Positions 17,362 to 27,284 of a stretch of 58,570 nucleotides of DNA are shown piece after piece. This DNA comes from a virus (taxonomy: Duplodnaviria > Caudoviricetes), in the IMG/VR virus record IMGVR_UViG_3300021139_000016, positions 1-58,570 of that record; one strand, given 5' to 3'. The notes beneath the pieces were generated by a model that was given only the letters and a program-made list of their open reading frames with translations, did no database searches and was not told the DNA's origin. Every line of letters starts with the position of its first letter. Within the stretch, counting starts at the first letter, position 1. The position numbers and the translations under genes are program-made.

Positions 17362-18419
17362 TATGCTTCTTCTTCCTCTGATTCAATAGTTGTAGTAGTT
17401 GCGAGTGCTGAAGCATCCCACTCTTTCATGATGATATGTAACTTATCTTCAGTCCAGTTCTTGCGGAATTCTGCAACAATCTCACCAGTTTCCTTACTGG
17501 TGTATGCTAATTTATTACCTACCTTAGATAATACACCCATCTTTTCGAACATGTCAACTAATCCGGAAGTCGGCGCCATACCTGTTGAATAAGGAATTTT
17601 AACCTGTACACTTTCAAAAGGTTTAGCGTAACGTGTTTTCATAATCTTACACGCACTACGAATACCTAATACATCACTAACCTTGTTACCATCCTCATCC
17701 TCTTTGAGTTTGAGTTTCTTCATGGCAACCACGATAGAAGATGCGTAAACGAAGCCTTGTCCGCCTGAGATTTTATCATCTGGATCAAACATATCTTGCG
17801 AAGCGTATGTGTGATTAGTACATACCAGGCCGACGTTGTAATTACCAAACATATTAACACAATTACGAACCAGCGCCGTAAGTGCTTTAGGCTTTCTACC
17901 CATATCACCTTTTAAGTCTCCTGCTTCAAATTGATTAACGTCTGTTGGTGTTAACAACATACCTAATGAATCGATTACAAATAAAACTTTAGGACGATCT
18001 GCGGCATCCATAGCCTTATATTCAGTCATAAACTCGTTGATAGTTTTGGCTACATCATCAATCATAGCCATGTTAAGTTTCAACAGTTTATCTTCTGAAA
18101 TATCAACACCCAACGCTTCTAGCCACGCTTTATCTAAGGCATTTTCTGTGTCAACTAGGACAACATAAATTCCTTGTTCTTGAGCATGTTTAATAATGTT
18201 ACCAGAGCAGATATAACTTTTACCTGCACCAGATTCGCCTGCAAAAACTGTAACTTTTCCCAAAGGGACTCCTTTGAAGAAGTCCCCCGAGATAAGATAG
18301 TTTAGGGCGTAGTTACCGGTTGAAATCCAATCGGTAGGGTCGTTAAACCCGATTCCGAGTCCATCAATACTTTTGGTGATAGACTTGCGGAACTTCGAAA
18401 TATCGAAGGCCTTTCCCAT
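17361..18419 (-). CDS. uvsX: RecA-like recombinase, UvsX-like
   Basis: ISTGNYALN, GESGAGKS, VIDSLG, ISGGQG. Confidence 0.93.
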   Translation of the reverse strand: MGKAFDISKFRKSITKSIDGLGIGFNDPTDWISTGNYALNYLISGDFFKGVPLGKVTVFAGESGAGKSYICSGNIIKHAQEQGIYVVLVDTENALDKAWLEALGVDISEDKLLKLNMAMIDDVAKTINEFMTEYKAMDAADRPKVLFVIDSLGMLLTPTDVNQFEAGDLKGDMGRKPKALTALVRNCVNMFGNYNVGLVCTNHTYASQDMFDPDDKISGGQGFVYASSIVVAMKKLKLKEDEDGNKVSDVLGIRSACKIMKTRYAKPFESVQVKIPYSTGMAPTSGLVDMFEKMGVLSKVGNKLAYTSKETGEIVAEFRKNWTEDKLHIIMKEWDASALATTTTIESEEEEA

Positions 18420-18430
18420 AGTCTATCTCC

Positions 18431-19441
18431 TTATTGTTTTTGACGGTTACGGATCATTGCAAGAATGTCTTGCGCTCTTGCACTTGCCTCACTGCCAGCC
18501 GCTGGTGTAGCTTTCTCCGCCACAGGAGCAGATTCAGCAACTTGACTTGCGGGTGCTGATGCCGCACTCTCAAAAGGGATGTCATCTTCTTCCCCTGCTG
18601 GAGCACTTACCTTAGCAGATGTTGTGCCACTACCAGTTGCAGAGCCACTTCCGCCCATACCAGCTGGTTTGAAGTACTGACCCCAACGTTCCATGTCAAA
18701 TGCTTCGCCATCAACTGATGCTTCGAACATTTCTTTCATAACCTTGAGTTCAACTTCACCTGGTTTCTTAGGTAGGAAGTCTTTTAGATTGAACAAGCCA
18801 TATTGCTTGATTGCCGCTTGTTCTTCATCTGTCAATGCACGTTCACGACGAGCATACTTAGATGTTGAATAGTCAGCGTAGCCACCTTTTGATGTTTTAG
18901 TGATTTTGAAATCAACACCACGAAGTGTATCTGTTGGCAAATCTTCCATGTCTGGATCCATCAATGCCGCTTTAACGATGTTAAAGATTTGGCTACCGAT
19001 GATGAATCTACGGATTGGATTCTCAGGAGTCTTATCTTCCTTGAGTGGGCTGTCAACTACAAAGCCTTGGAACAAGTATGAACGCTTCTTCCAATACTTA
19101 CGACCCATATCTTCCAAACTCTTATCTTTAAACCAAGGACGAACCTCAGTAAGAATAGGACAGGTCTCGCCCCACATTTCCATGCAAGGTACTTGTACTG
19201 TTACGGGTTTAGAATTTGTTTCTCCCTTAACTCCTGCGAATGGCAATTTGATCATTGCACGTTCGATCCAGAAGAAAGTGTTGTCACCATCTGCATCTGG
19301 TAAAAAGCGTACTACCGCTTCTGAGTTTTCTGGGATATTCCAATGTGGGTAAATTGCGTTGTCGCCACCACCGGTCGATTGACCACTTGATTTGTTTTGC
19401 GCCTCTTGAAGTTTAGCGCGGATTTCTGCCAAAGTTGCCAT
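18431..19441 (-). CDS. Single-stranded DNA-binding protein (gp32-like)
   Basis: VRFLPD, CPI, YWKKRSY, DFKITK-x3-GYADYSTS, low-complexity tail. Confidence 0.9.
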   Translation of the reverse strand: MATLAEIRAKLQEAQNKSSGQSTGGGDNAIYPHWNIPENSEAVVRFLPDADGDNTFFWIERAMIKLPFAGVKGETNSKPVTVQVPCMEMWGETCPILTEVRPWFKDKSLEDMGRKYWKKRSYLFQGFVVDSPLKEDKTPENPIRRFIIGSQIFNIVKAALMDPDMEDLPTDTLRGVDFKITKTSKGGYADYSTSKYARRERALTDEEQAAIKQYGLFNLKDFLPKKPGEVELKVMKEMFEASVDGEAFDMERWGQYFKPAGMGGSGSATGSGTTSAKVSAPAGEEDDIPFESAASAPASQVAESAPVAEKATPAAGSEASARAQDILAMIRNRQKQ

Positions 19442-19448
19442 AATGTTT

Positions 19449-19548
19449 CTCCTTAAATTTTATGCCTTTGTTTTGCCTGTTTCTTAAATGCAACTACATC
19501 TAAGAATCTGCATACATTAATTGTATGCTACTTTATTTAGCTTGTCAA
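19449..19548 (-). promoter_or_regulatory. ssb promoter and structured leader
   Basis: TTGACA-N17-TACAAT with embedded TAAATA; inverted repeat over the -10 box; 11-bp hairpin at 19481-19506; A-rich stretch; AAGGAG SD. Confidence 0.75.
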
Positions 19549-20337
19549 GCCTAAATCTCTTTTATTCTGATTATATTTTATCAATTGTGCTACGGTGTTA
19601 GGCCAGTTACGTTCTTCTTCTGGACTCCACCATATTTTAGCTTCTGCTGGAAAACTTCTGCAGAAGTTATGCTGTGCCTTATAGGTATTACCGGTAATTT
19701 CACGAAGTACATCTATACATTCGAAACTGTATAGTTCCGAGCGTTGCGCTGTTAATATAGAGCTATCAAAGTATTGAGGATGTATCCACCAGTCTTCAAA
19801 AAATTCGTTTTCTGAATACTGTTCTGGTTTTGCCGCCCAGGCTTTGACATCTCCAAACAAAGGAATGTATCCTAAGTCGGTTAATAATTTTCTCGATTCA
19901 TTTCTTGGCTCATCACCGTGCATGTATTTTTCATGCTCAAATGTCATGGCTTTGAATTTGATTCCTGCGTCTAAAATTCGTTTTAAGACAGCAAGACTTA
20001 GGCTTGTACCATCCGCATCTACGTCTAATGATATGTAATCAACTACTAGATCTGCTGGTATGTTTGCCTTGAGAAATTCGGTTAATTGACTAGATGTAGC
20101 ATCTGCTTGCACAAATGAATTGGCACGTTTACTGCTCCACTGCCAGCGAGCTTCACAATCTTGTATGTCAAACGCAAAGCCTGTCCATCCAAAATGCTGT
20201 TCTAATGTATAAGAATTGCTGGCTACTACCGGATGCCCTGCACTTATATCTAAGAAAAAACCATTACGTTTTTTGTTGAACAAATTAACAATAAATTCGT
20301 CCTGCTGTTCCAATGAGTGAAATTCAATAATATCCAT
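19537..20337 (-). CDS. FkbM-like SAM-dependent methyltransferase
   Basis: QDEFI...GFFLDISAGHP...SNSYTLE...WTG; VDYISLDVD; TFEH; EDWW. Confidence 0.75.
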   Translation of the reverse strand: MDIIEFHSLEQQDEFIVNLFNKKRNGFFLDISAGHPVVASNSYTLEQHFGWTGFAFDIQDCEARWQWSSKRANSFVQADATSSQLTEFLKANIPADLVVDYISLDVDADGTSLSLAVLKRILDAGIKFKAMTFEHEKYMHGDEPRNESRKLLTDLGYIPLFGDVKAWAAKPEQYSENEFFEDWWIHPQYFDSSILTAQRSELYSFECIDVLREITGNTYKAQHNFCRSFPAEAKIWWSPEEERNWPNTVAQLIKYNQNKRDLGLTS

Positions 20338-20377
20338 ATACTAATTTATCCTGTAAGGTTAGGTGTTAAATATTCTT

Positions 20378-21004
20378 ATGAAATTTCCCACTCTGATAAT
20401 AGATGATTTTTTAGATGATCCAGACCTAATTAGGCACATGGCATTGTCTATGGATTATGCGCCTGCCCCTACAGGATTTTTTCCTGGTAAGCGCACAGGT
20501 CCTTTACATCTGATTGAGGAGCAATACTTTAACTACTTCTGCCACAAGTTATTTCGCATGGTACCGGGCGGATTTGAAGATTGGAAGATTGATACTTACT
20601 TCCAGTTGATAGATCCATTTATTAATGAGGCAGGCGAAATAGATCCTGATCTAAATTGGGGTTGGGTGCATACAGATGGAAAAAGTTGTGATCTAGCTGG
20701 AATACTATATCTTAATCCTACAGCAAATTTAGATGCTGGAACCAGTGTGTTCAGATCAGCTACTCCTGGAATTGATCCTCCAGACATAGGGCCAAAAAGA
20801 GAATTTTTTAAAACCAATAAGGGAAATAAAGCGATAGCTGATAGTATTAAAAACAATAGAGCACAATTTACTGAAGTTACTAGAATCAATAACGTTTACA
20901 ATAGATTGGCTTATTATGATGGACAAGATTACCATGCGGCTGGTAACTTGATTACTGGACCTGAGCCAAGATTGACTCAGGTATTTTTTGCTAGAAAGAT
21001 TTAG
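20378..21004 (+). CDS. 2OG-Fe(II) oxygenase-like protein (DUF6445-like)
   Basis: IIDDFLDDPD, FPGKR, HTD, GILYL, GT, YNRL, YH, RLTQVFF (HxD...H...R); TAAATA-N5-ATG start. Confidence 0.8.
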   Translation: MKFPTLIIDDFLDDPDLIRHMALSMDYAPAPTGFFPGKRTGPLHLIEEQYFNYFCHKLFRMVPGGFEDWKIDTYFQLIDPFINEAGEIDPDLNWGWVHTDGKSCDLAGILYLNPTANLDAGTSVFRSATPGIDPPDIGPKREFFKTNKGNKAIADSIKNNRAQFTEVTRINNVYNRLAYYDGQDYHAAGNLITGPEPRLTQVFFARKI

Positions 21005-21038
21005 TCTTTATACTTGTTGTATTTGTCGCGTACTTTAT

Positions 21039-23294
21039 CTAAGCTCTTGCTTTCTTTTTAGCTTGCATTTTTTCTTTAGCTAAACGTGCTACACGTTGAC
21101 TATCGGTTTCAAAACGCTTAGAAGAAACATTACCTTCTGGTTCTTTTTCTTTCTTAGCTTCGGCTAATGGAGGTAAACCGGCCAGTCTGCGCATACTTTC
21201 CATTTGCTGTCTGGATTCGCTTTCTGCTTGATACTTGGCTTGTAAGTGGTGTACTAATTTCTCTGCTAACTTACCAGCTCTTTCAGAACCAGTTTGTTTT
21301 TTGATATTAATACCAACACCTGTTGCACCTAATGGGCAACCGCCTGTTTCACGATCAATATGTGGTAATACTAATTCTGCAATCTGAGCAGGATGGATAT
21401 TGGTTTCTTCCATCTCTTCATCTACTTCGCCTGTATCTGCACCTTGCTGGATAGAACCACCTTTGGCCTGCATACGTAGCTTCTGTAAGAAACTTGCATC
21501 ATCATCTTCATCATCGTCACCTGCACCAGGAGCACTGATTGGGGGAGCAGATTTTTTATATTTTGGATCTAGTGTAGGTGTTGAAGAATTACCAGTAATT
21601 CTATTCCACTCTCTTTCTGCAAATTCTGGATCCATACCAGCACCAACTAACAGTTGATCAAACTGGCTTTGCATTTTTTCATTAGGAGTGATTTCACCAC
21701 TACGTATCTTGTCGCGCAATGCTTGAACCTTTGCATAAATTTCTCTGCCATTTGGGCCTAGATCTTGATAAGCACCTTCTTCTACACTTGACGATTTTTT
21801 ATTGATAGCAATAGCGGCTTGTTGTTCTGGGCTACCTGCTTCATCTACTGCGTTACCTTCATTAAAGTCATCCCAATCTTTAGGATCATGTTTTTCATAA
21901 TGTAGATATTCCATAGCCTCTTGACGACTCCACCCGTATTTTCGCATTAAATGTTGAATTTTTTCACTTTCGTCGTCATCAAACACTTCCATAGCAACTT
22001 TATCGGCCCATGCTTCAAATTCTGCACTTGGAGAACGCTGAGTTACCGGTCGACCGTCTCTTATAGTTCCGACATCATCAATTGGATATTGTACTACACT
22101 TCCACCGTTGTGATTAGCTTGCTGTGCTTCTTGTGGACTATTGAATGGGCCATCTGTGGGATCCTTGCTGAATCTATCAACGACATAATATCCCATTCTC
22201 CCGCCTAGGCTTTCTTTTGTTTCTTCGTGATCATCACAGCCACAATGTGAAACTGGCTCGTCACACGCATCACACATTTCTTCTTTTTCTTCACCTACGT
22301 AGTCTTCAAGATCGATTTCGCTTGTTTCTCTCATGATACTGTACAGCAACGGAAAGTATTGTGTTAAGTCTTCTTTGTAATGTGATATTGTAAATTTAGA
22401 TTTATAATCTTCTAGTGTTGCTGGATCTAGTTCTGATTGTTCTGAAAGATCAACGTTCTCTAGATTCTCTCTCCAAGATTCGTAATGTGTTTGCTTGGAT
22501 AAATTTTCAATCATTGATCTTAGTGTAGCCAATTTACTGCTTGCACGATCAACGATGCCTACGGCTTCTTGTGTTAATTGTTCTGCATTTCCAACTTGAC
22601 GTTTGAATGTACTTAATGCACGGATAGTTTCGCTCATTTTGATAATGGCAGTACCTGCTTCATCGTATGGCATACCGCCATTAGCAACGTGACGTTGCAT
22701 AGCTTTGGCACCTGCTAGATGAACAAAAGGATATTTGAATCTTTCTCCTGCTTCATTTTGAATGAACACAGATTTAATATTGTTAGGACGGCTACGAGCG
22801 CCTCTGTCTTCACCGACTTTGGTATTGTGGCGAATGATTAGTAATGTTTTTTCTAACGGGCGATAGCTACTCTTTGAACTACCGTACATTTGTGATTCTG
22901 TCATGTTATCTTCCTTAGATCCATTTACTGCAAGATATTGAAAATCGTTTTTCTCTAAGTTACCTTTTGTAATATCTCTTGTGTCAAATCGTAATAATCT
23001 ACGTTTAGCAAACTGGCGCATTTCTCTTAAAAAATTGAACCAAAAATCTTGGGTAACTGGATCGTGATCTTCTACGATTCCTTGGCTATAGAATAATTTT
23101 AAATTACCTAAATCGTTGATGCTTACGCTAACTCGTCCTAGGTTATTGCCTTCGACTACAAAGTCAAAATCAAAGAAACGAGCTTCTGTTGGGTTGATGG
23201 TTACAGCGCCAGTTTCGTCACCCATTTGTAGGTTAGAAAAGCGACTGCGTACTTTGTCAAATAAATCTTGTGCAATTAGTTCTATAGCATTCAT
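21039..23294 (-). CDS. Large acidic protein, probably virion head-associated
   Basis: 751 aa, late-box start, next to terminase, low-complexity acidic C-half, RRLAGL motif. Confidence 0.6.
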   Translation of the reverse strand: MNAIELIAQDLFDKVRSRFSNLQMGDETGAVTINPTEARFFDFDFVVEGNNLGRVSVSINDLGNLKLFYSQGIVEDHDPVTQDFWFNFLREMRQFAKRRLLRFDTRDITKGNLEKNDFQYLAVNGSKEDNMTESQMYGSSKSSYRPLEKTLLIIRHNTKVGEDRGARSRPNNIKSVFIQNEAGERFKYPFVHLAGAKAMQRHVANGGMPYDEAGTAIIKMSETIRALSTFKRQVGNAEQLTQEAVGIVDRASSKLATLRSMIENLSKQTHYESWRENLENVDLSEQSELDPATLEDYKSKFTISHYKEDLTQYFPLLYSIMRETSEIDLEDYVGEEKEEMCDACDEPVSHCGCDDHEETKESLGGRMGYYVVDRFSKDPTDGPFNSPQEAQQANHNGGSVVQYPIDDVGTIRDGRPVTQRSPSAEFEAWADKVAMEVFDDDESEKIQHLMRKYGWSRQEAMEYLHYEKHDPKDWDDFNEGNAVDEAGSPEQQAAIAINKKSSSVEEGAYQDLGPNGREIYAKVQALRDKIRSGEITPNEKMQSQFDQLLVGAGMDPEFAEREWNRITGNSSTPTLDPKYKKSAPPISAPGAGDDDEDDDASFLQKLRMQAKGGSIQQGADTGEVDEEMEETNIHPAQIAELVLPHIDRETGGCPLGATGVGINIKKQTGSERAGKLAEKLVHHLQAKYQAESESRQQMESMRRLAGLPPLAEAKKEKEPEGNVSSKRFETDSQRVARLAKEKMQAKKKARA

Positions 23295-23305
23295 GTGTGT
23301 ATTTA

Positions 23306-24898
23306 TTAAAAACCGCTACTTATATAAATTGGTAAGGGTAGTTCCATCTCGTTGTTTACATAGTCGTGCATGGTATCGTAAACAGCAGGATCCCAGTCTT
23401 GTAACTGCATAACCATGCGTAGATTTACTAACATAGACGCTACTAAGTCATCTGGTTCTTCGTTTTTACCCGCAAAACTTGTACCTGTAGCGATGTAGGT
23501 TTTAAGCTGACTTATGAAAGGTGTAGAGTTAATTGTTAATTTTTTAGTTTCTATTAGGTGTTTTAATTTAGCACAGGTAGCAATTTTTGCCTTTTCTGTA
23601 GTATTGTAGCCCTTACGATATCTGCGTACATGCCCTTTCTTAATTGGCTCGCTTAAGAACAATCCGGGGAAAGTTTCTTCACCTAGTTCGTTGATAGCAA
23701 CTAGAGCACCCTCGCCTAGTGTGTTATTTTCTACTGAATAATAGATTGTACTCTGCACACCTCTTTCTGTGCAAGCGTCATCTATAAATTTACAGATGTC
23801 GCGCATGATCTTAACTTGACTTTGTACCGGCGTTAAGTTATGATGCCATTCACCTACTTGTATCATGCTAGGTATCTCTACAACTTCAATAGCCGCATAG
23901 TTTCCGCCAGTACCTAACGCAGGATCTAAGCTAACAATATAGGTCATTTTAGGATCTATCTTTTTGTACCAGCGACATTGTCCCATCTTCATTATAGGCT
24001 CAATACCTTGCATCGCGGCTAGATGTATACTGTTGATAAGCGTTTCATCGTAGACTAAGAATTCACAACCATATTCACGGCGGAAACGCTCTTCACCAAT
24101 ACGTCCTCTTTCTACTGCCGCCCAATCTTCATCACGATCCGGGTGCTCTGACCAGTGACTTGTGTATGCATGGAATCCATTAACACCTATTTTGTTTGGA
24201 TTTTCGTTTCCGTATTCGTCTTCAATTTTAATAGCACCAAACCATATCTCAGCAAACTGATCTTCGTCTGAGTTAGGAGTTGAAGTAATAATTGCCTTAC
24301 CACCAGTTGCCAGTGTAGGGGATATTGAAGTCCAGAATTCTTTACCAATGTTGTCTGGAACGAACGCAAACTCGTCACAATATAGTAGTGATATAGACAT
24401 ACCACGACCTGTGTTTTCTGTTGTTGTTTGTGCTACGATACGTGAGTCGTTGTCAAATTCAATCGACTGTTTGTTATAACTTTTGACTCCGCAACGAATA
24501 TGATTAGGGCAAGTCTCATATGCATACCGTAGACGTTGCATAATTTCTTGTGCGCCTGTATACTTGTGGGCGGCAATTAGAATAGTAACGTTAGGGTTGA
24601 ACATTGCATACCACAACAAATAACCAACGGCTGTTGTAGTCTTACCACTTTGACGTGGCAACATGTTTACGTTAAATCGATATTCATGCAAACTATCAAC
24701 AAGACGATCTTGATATTCATACGCTTCGTATTTTATTTGACCGCGTGTAGGATGTTGGATAAAGAAAAAATTCTTTAGGAAATGTTTATGCCCTGTTTTA
24801 AGATCAGAACATAATTGCAGATCAAGAATATCCTGCTCAGAATATCTTACGGCTTTGTTAGCTGTCTTGATTAGATTGTTACTATTGGATAAACTCAT
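23306..24898 (-). CDS. Terminase large subunit (gp17-like)
   Basis: PRQSGKT, YCDEFAF, ITSTPN, FRREYGCEF, SLDPALG, DDLVAS. Confidence 0.97.
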   Translation of the reverse strand: MSLSNSNNLIKTANKAVRYSEQDILDLQLCSDLKTGHKHFLKNFFFIQHPTRGQIKYEAYEYQDRLVDSLHEYRFNVNMLPRQSGKTTTAVGYLLWYAMFNPNVTILIAAHKYTGAQEIMQRLRYAYETCPNHIRCGVKSYNKQSIEFDNDSRIVAQTTTENTGRGMSISLLYCDEFAFVPDNIGKEFWTSISPTLATGGKAIITSTPNSDEDQFAEIWFGAIKIEDEYGNENPNKIGVNGFHAYTSHWSEHPDRDEDWAAVERGRIGEERFRREYGCEFLVYDETLINSIHLAAMQGIEPIMKMGQCRWYKKIDPKMTYIVSLDPALGTGGNYAAIEVVEIPSMIQVGEWHHNLTPVQSQVKIMRDICKFIDDACTERGVQSTIYYSVENNTLGEGALVAINELGEETFPGLFLSEPIKKGHVRRYRKGYNTTEKAKIATCAKLKHLIETKKLTINSTPFISQLKTYIATGTSFAGKNEEPDDLVASMLVNLRMVMQLQDWDPAVYDTMHDYVNNEMELPLPIYISSGF

Positions 24899-24912
24899 AC
24901 TTTTATTTACTG

Positions 24913-24940
24913 AAAAAAATAGGCTCCGAAGAGCCTATTT
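24913..24940 (-). terminator. Intrinsic terminator
   Basis: AAATAGGCTC-TTCG-GAGCCTATTT-TTTT on the minus strand. Confidence 0.85.
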
Positions 24941-24956
24941 GGTAATTTAAAATTAA

Positions 24957-25748
24957 TTAAATGTTCTTAATAAAACTTTGATAATCTTGGAATAACTTGT
25001 TAGTCATGTCTAATAGTGATTCGCCTTCTTGTACAGGAGCCTCTGCTTTTTCAACTGCTTCTGGTAAATTGTTGTTAGCTGGAGTAGATGTGTAATCAAA
25101 TTGACGGACTTTATTAATAATGTTAGCAAAATCGTTTGGATTGTAATCTTTAATTGCCTCTTGTGGACTATTATCAAACATTCTTAAACTTTCTAAGCCT
25201 AATTCTTCTTTGCTTGTGCCTGCTAATTGATCAGCCATATCGCTAACTTCGTCAGCCATAGTAGCTACGTCATTACCGCCTGCTGGACCTGCTGTACCCA
25301 TTTCGGCACCAGTATCGCCCATATCCATTGGAGGCTCGCCACCCATTTGTGCAGGATCCATGCCGCCCATATCTTCGTCTTCAATGTTACCAATAGCATC
25401 AAGTGCTTGTTTGATATCATCACCACCTTGACCTGGTTCAGCTGTTAATGCTTGTGGATGCTCAGGTTGATTAATATCTTGAGGACCAACTTCCTTAACG
25501 CCTGCTAGGTTAAGAATGTCTCTTAGCATTGTGCTAACTTCGTTGCCATTTGCGGCAGAAGCATTAATGCTAAAACTTGCAGGTACTGTTGGAGCCGCTG
25601 TTGGAGCCGCTACTGGTAATCCTGCTTCACCTGTGATAGATTCTGTAATGACTGCGACTGTTGGGTCGTTGGCCATTTGAACCATTGGCTTTGGCGAAGT
25701 TGCCTCATCAAGTTCAGCCAACTTTTTTAATACGTCGATCATTTGCAT
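24957..25748 (-). CDS. Acidic low-complexity protein, probably head-associated
   Basis: AGGA RBS before ATG 25748; ILNLAGV motif; Pro/Ala/Gly/Met-rich. Confidence 0.6.
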   Translation of the reverse strand: MQMIDVLKKLAELDEATSPKPMVQMANDPTVAVITESITGEAGLPVAAPTAAPTVPASFSINASAANGNEVSTMLRDILNLAGVKEVGPQDINQPEHPQALTAEPGQGGDDIKQALDAIGNIEDEDMGGMDPAQMGGEPPMDMGDTGAEMGTAGPAGGNDVATMADEVSDMADQLAGTSKEELGLESLRMFDNSPQEAIKDYNPNDFANIINKVRQFDYTSTPANNNLPEAVEKAEAPVQEGESLLDMTNKLFQDYQSFIKNI

Positions 25749-25749
25749 G

Positions 25750-26337
25750 TTATTTCTTCCTTGGATCATAGTCCGTTTGTTGAATTGGACTTTGGTTGTT
25801 TTGAGCTATACTATTTGTTGTCTTTCCCTCTGCGGTACTTGGAATAGTTTCGCTTCTTTCTTTACGCATGGCCTTAAGGTCATCGTTCAATGTCTTTACA
25901 AGACTTTCATTGTATTCAGTGCCATAATAGTCTTTGGTATCTATTTTTGCCACTTCAGTATAGTTTGGATCTTGAAGCAAAGAACCTTCACGCACTTCTG
26001 CATCTAGTTGATATGCTTCTGTAGGCTCACCAGGTTTTCTTACCACAACATAATCCGGTCCCTTCTCAATGCCAGCTGAAATATATTCATGTAGTTCGTA
26101 TGGTGTAGTTGGATACTCTAGAGCAACCTCATACACAGTAACTTGTGAATTGCGAATTTTTGGAAAATCTAATGGTAATGCCTGGATTGGAGTAGTGCCT
26201 GTTTTTTTGAAACTTGATACAACAAAGCGTTCTAGCATTTGTTTTAATTTGTCTTCGGCGGCAAAATCGCCTGCGATTTTAATTTTAAAATCGTATACTT
26301 TCTTGCTTTCGGACAGGTATTCTTTAAATGTTTTCAT
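25750..26337 (-). CDS. Probable internal head protein
   Basis: Begins MKTFKEYLSE, similar to the T4 capsid-targeting sequence MKTYQEFIAE. Confidence 0.65.
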   Translation of the reverse strand: MKTFKEYLSESKKVYDFKIKIAGDFAAEDKLKQMLERFVVSSFKKTGTTPIQALPLDFPKIRNSQVTVYEVALEYPTTPYELHEYISAGIEKGPDYVVVRKPGEPTEAYQLDAEVREGSLLQDPNYTEVAKIDTKDYYGTEYNESLVKTLNDDLKAMRKERSETIPSTAEGKTTNSIAQNNQSPIQQTDYDPRKK

Positions 26338-26353
26338 AGTTAATTCCTACCCT

Positions 26354-26836
26354 TTATTTATCCATGTTTTTAAGTTTTGCCAGGAGACTATTGCGGTCAG
26401 CGATCACAAAACCTTCGCCAGCTACAACGCCGTTACCGTCACCGGGATTATCTTTCTTATCAATAGCCAGCTTTTTCAACTGTAGCTCAACCATCTTTAA
26501 TTTCTTATCTATCTTAGCTGACTTAGCTGTAATAGCGGCATTAAGCATATTTCCAGCAACTTCAAACATTCTGGTGCTGTAACGTGCTTCAACATTCATG
26601 CCTAGATCGTATATATCATCAAACGCTTCTTCAGCTTTTTTAGCCAGTGCATCTAGCTCGCTATCACTGATATCGCCCAGCCCTTTTACTTGTGGAAGAG
26701 CCGCCGAAATCTTGTCAAATTCTTCTAAAGTTTGCTGTAGATTTAAGTGTGTAGGAACAGGTGCTACAGGTGCCGCTTCTACAGGTTTTTCTTCTGCAGG
26801 ATTGATGTTTAGTAGTTCTTCAAGTTTCTTAGTCAT
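26354..26836 (-). CDS. Probable terminase small subunit (gp16-like)
   Basis: Helical; RMFEVAGNML...IADRNSLL resembles the gp16 RAYEV...STxEL pattern; near the large subunit. Confidence 0.6.
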   Translation of the reverse strand: MTKKLEELLNINPAEEKPVEAAPVAPVPTHLNLQQTLEEFDKISAALPQVKGLGDISDSELDALAKKAEEAFDDIYDLGMNVEARYSTRMFEVAGNMLNAAITAKSAKIDKKLKMVELQLKKLAIDKKDNPGDGNGVVAGEGFVIADRNSLLAKLKNMDK

Positions 26837-26849
26837 AATATTACTTATT

Positions 26850-27284
26850 TTATTTCTTCCCAGTATGGAAAATATCGTTCTCGTTTAGAACCCTAAATTT
26901 CATACCCTTTTGCGAGGCCCACGCATTTGCCGCGGCCCATTTGGCATGATTTTTTACAAACTGCGCTTGGTTGTAAGGGTTTTTTCCGACCTTTTCTAAT
27001 ATCTGTTGATTAGCTGGTTTGATTTCCCATAACTCAACATGCTTCTTTTCCTGCTTGTCCTGAAATGATACTAAGAAATCAGGAACGTAAACTGTTTGTT
27101 TTCCAGTTAACGGATCTCTGTAGGGAATCTGTACAGCTTCGCTGGCCCATTGCTGAATTGCTGGATTGTTGTCACACATGCGCATGACTGCCATTTCCCA
27201 ACTACTACGATAGATGGGAGCTTTGGTCCCTATATATTTTTCCGGGTTCTTCATATTGAATCGACCCTTGGCGGTATTTCTCAT
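26850..27284 (-). CDS. Head completion nuclease (gp4-like, TnsA-type PD-(D/E)xK)
   Basis: NPEKY, YRSSWE, WASE, YVPDF, EIKP, KWAAA. Confidence 0.9.
   Translation of the reverse strand: MRNTAKGRFNMKNPEKYIGTKAPIYRSSWEMAVMRMCDNNPAIQQWASEAVQIPYRDPLTGKQTVYVPDFLVSFQDKQEKKHVELWEIKPANQQILEKVGKNPYNQAQFVKNHAKWAAANAWASQKGMKFRVLNENDIFHTGKK

Noticed and set aside
7436-24898. Inteins or introns in helicase, UvsW, UvsX or terminase
   Set aside because: Lengths are ordinary and motifs contiguous; no splice-junction or homing-endonuclease insertions seen
26850-27284. Tn7 TnsA transposase / mobile element
   Set aside because: The TnsA-like fold here is the T4 gp4-type head completion protein within the morphogenesis operon; no TnsB/C or terminal repeats
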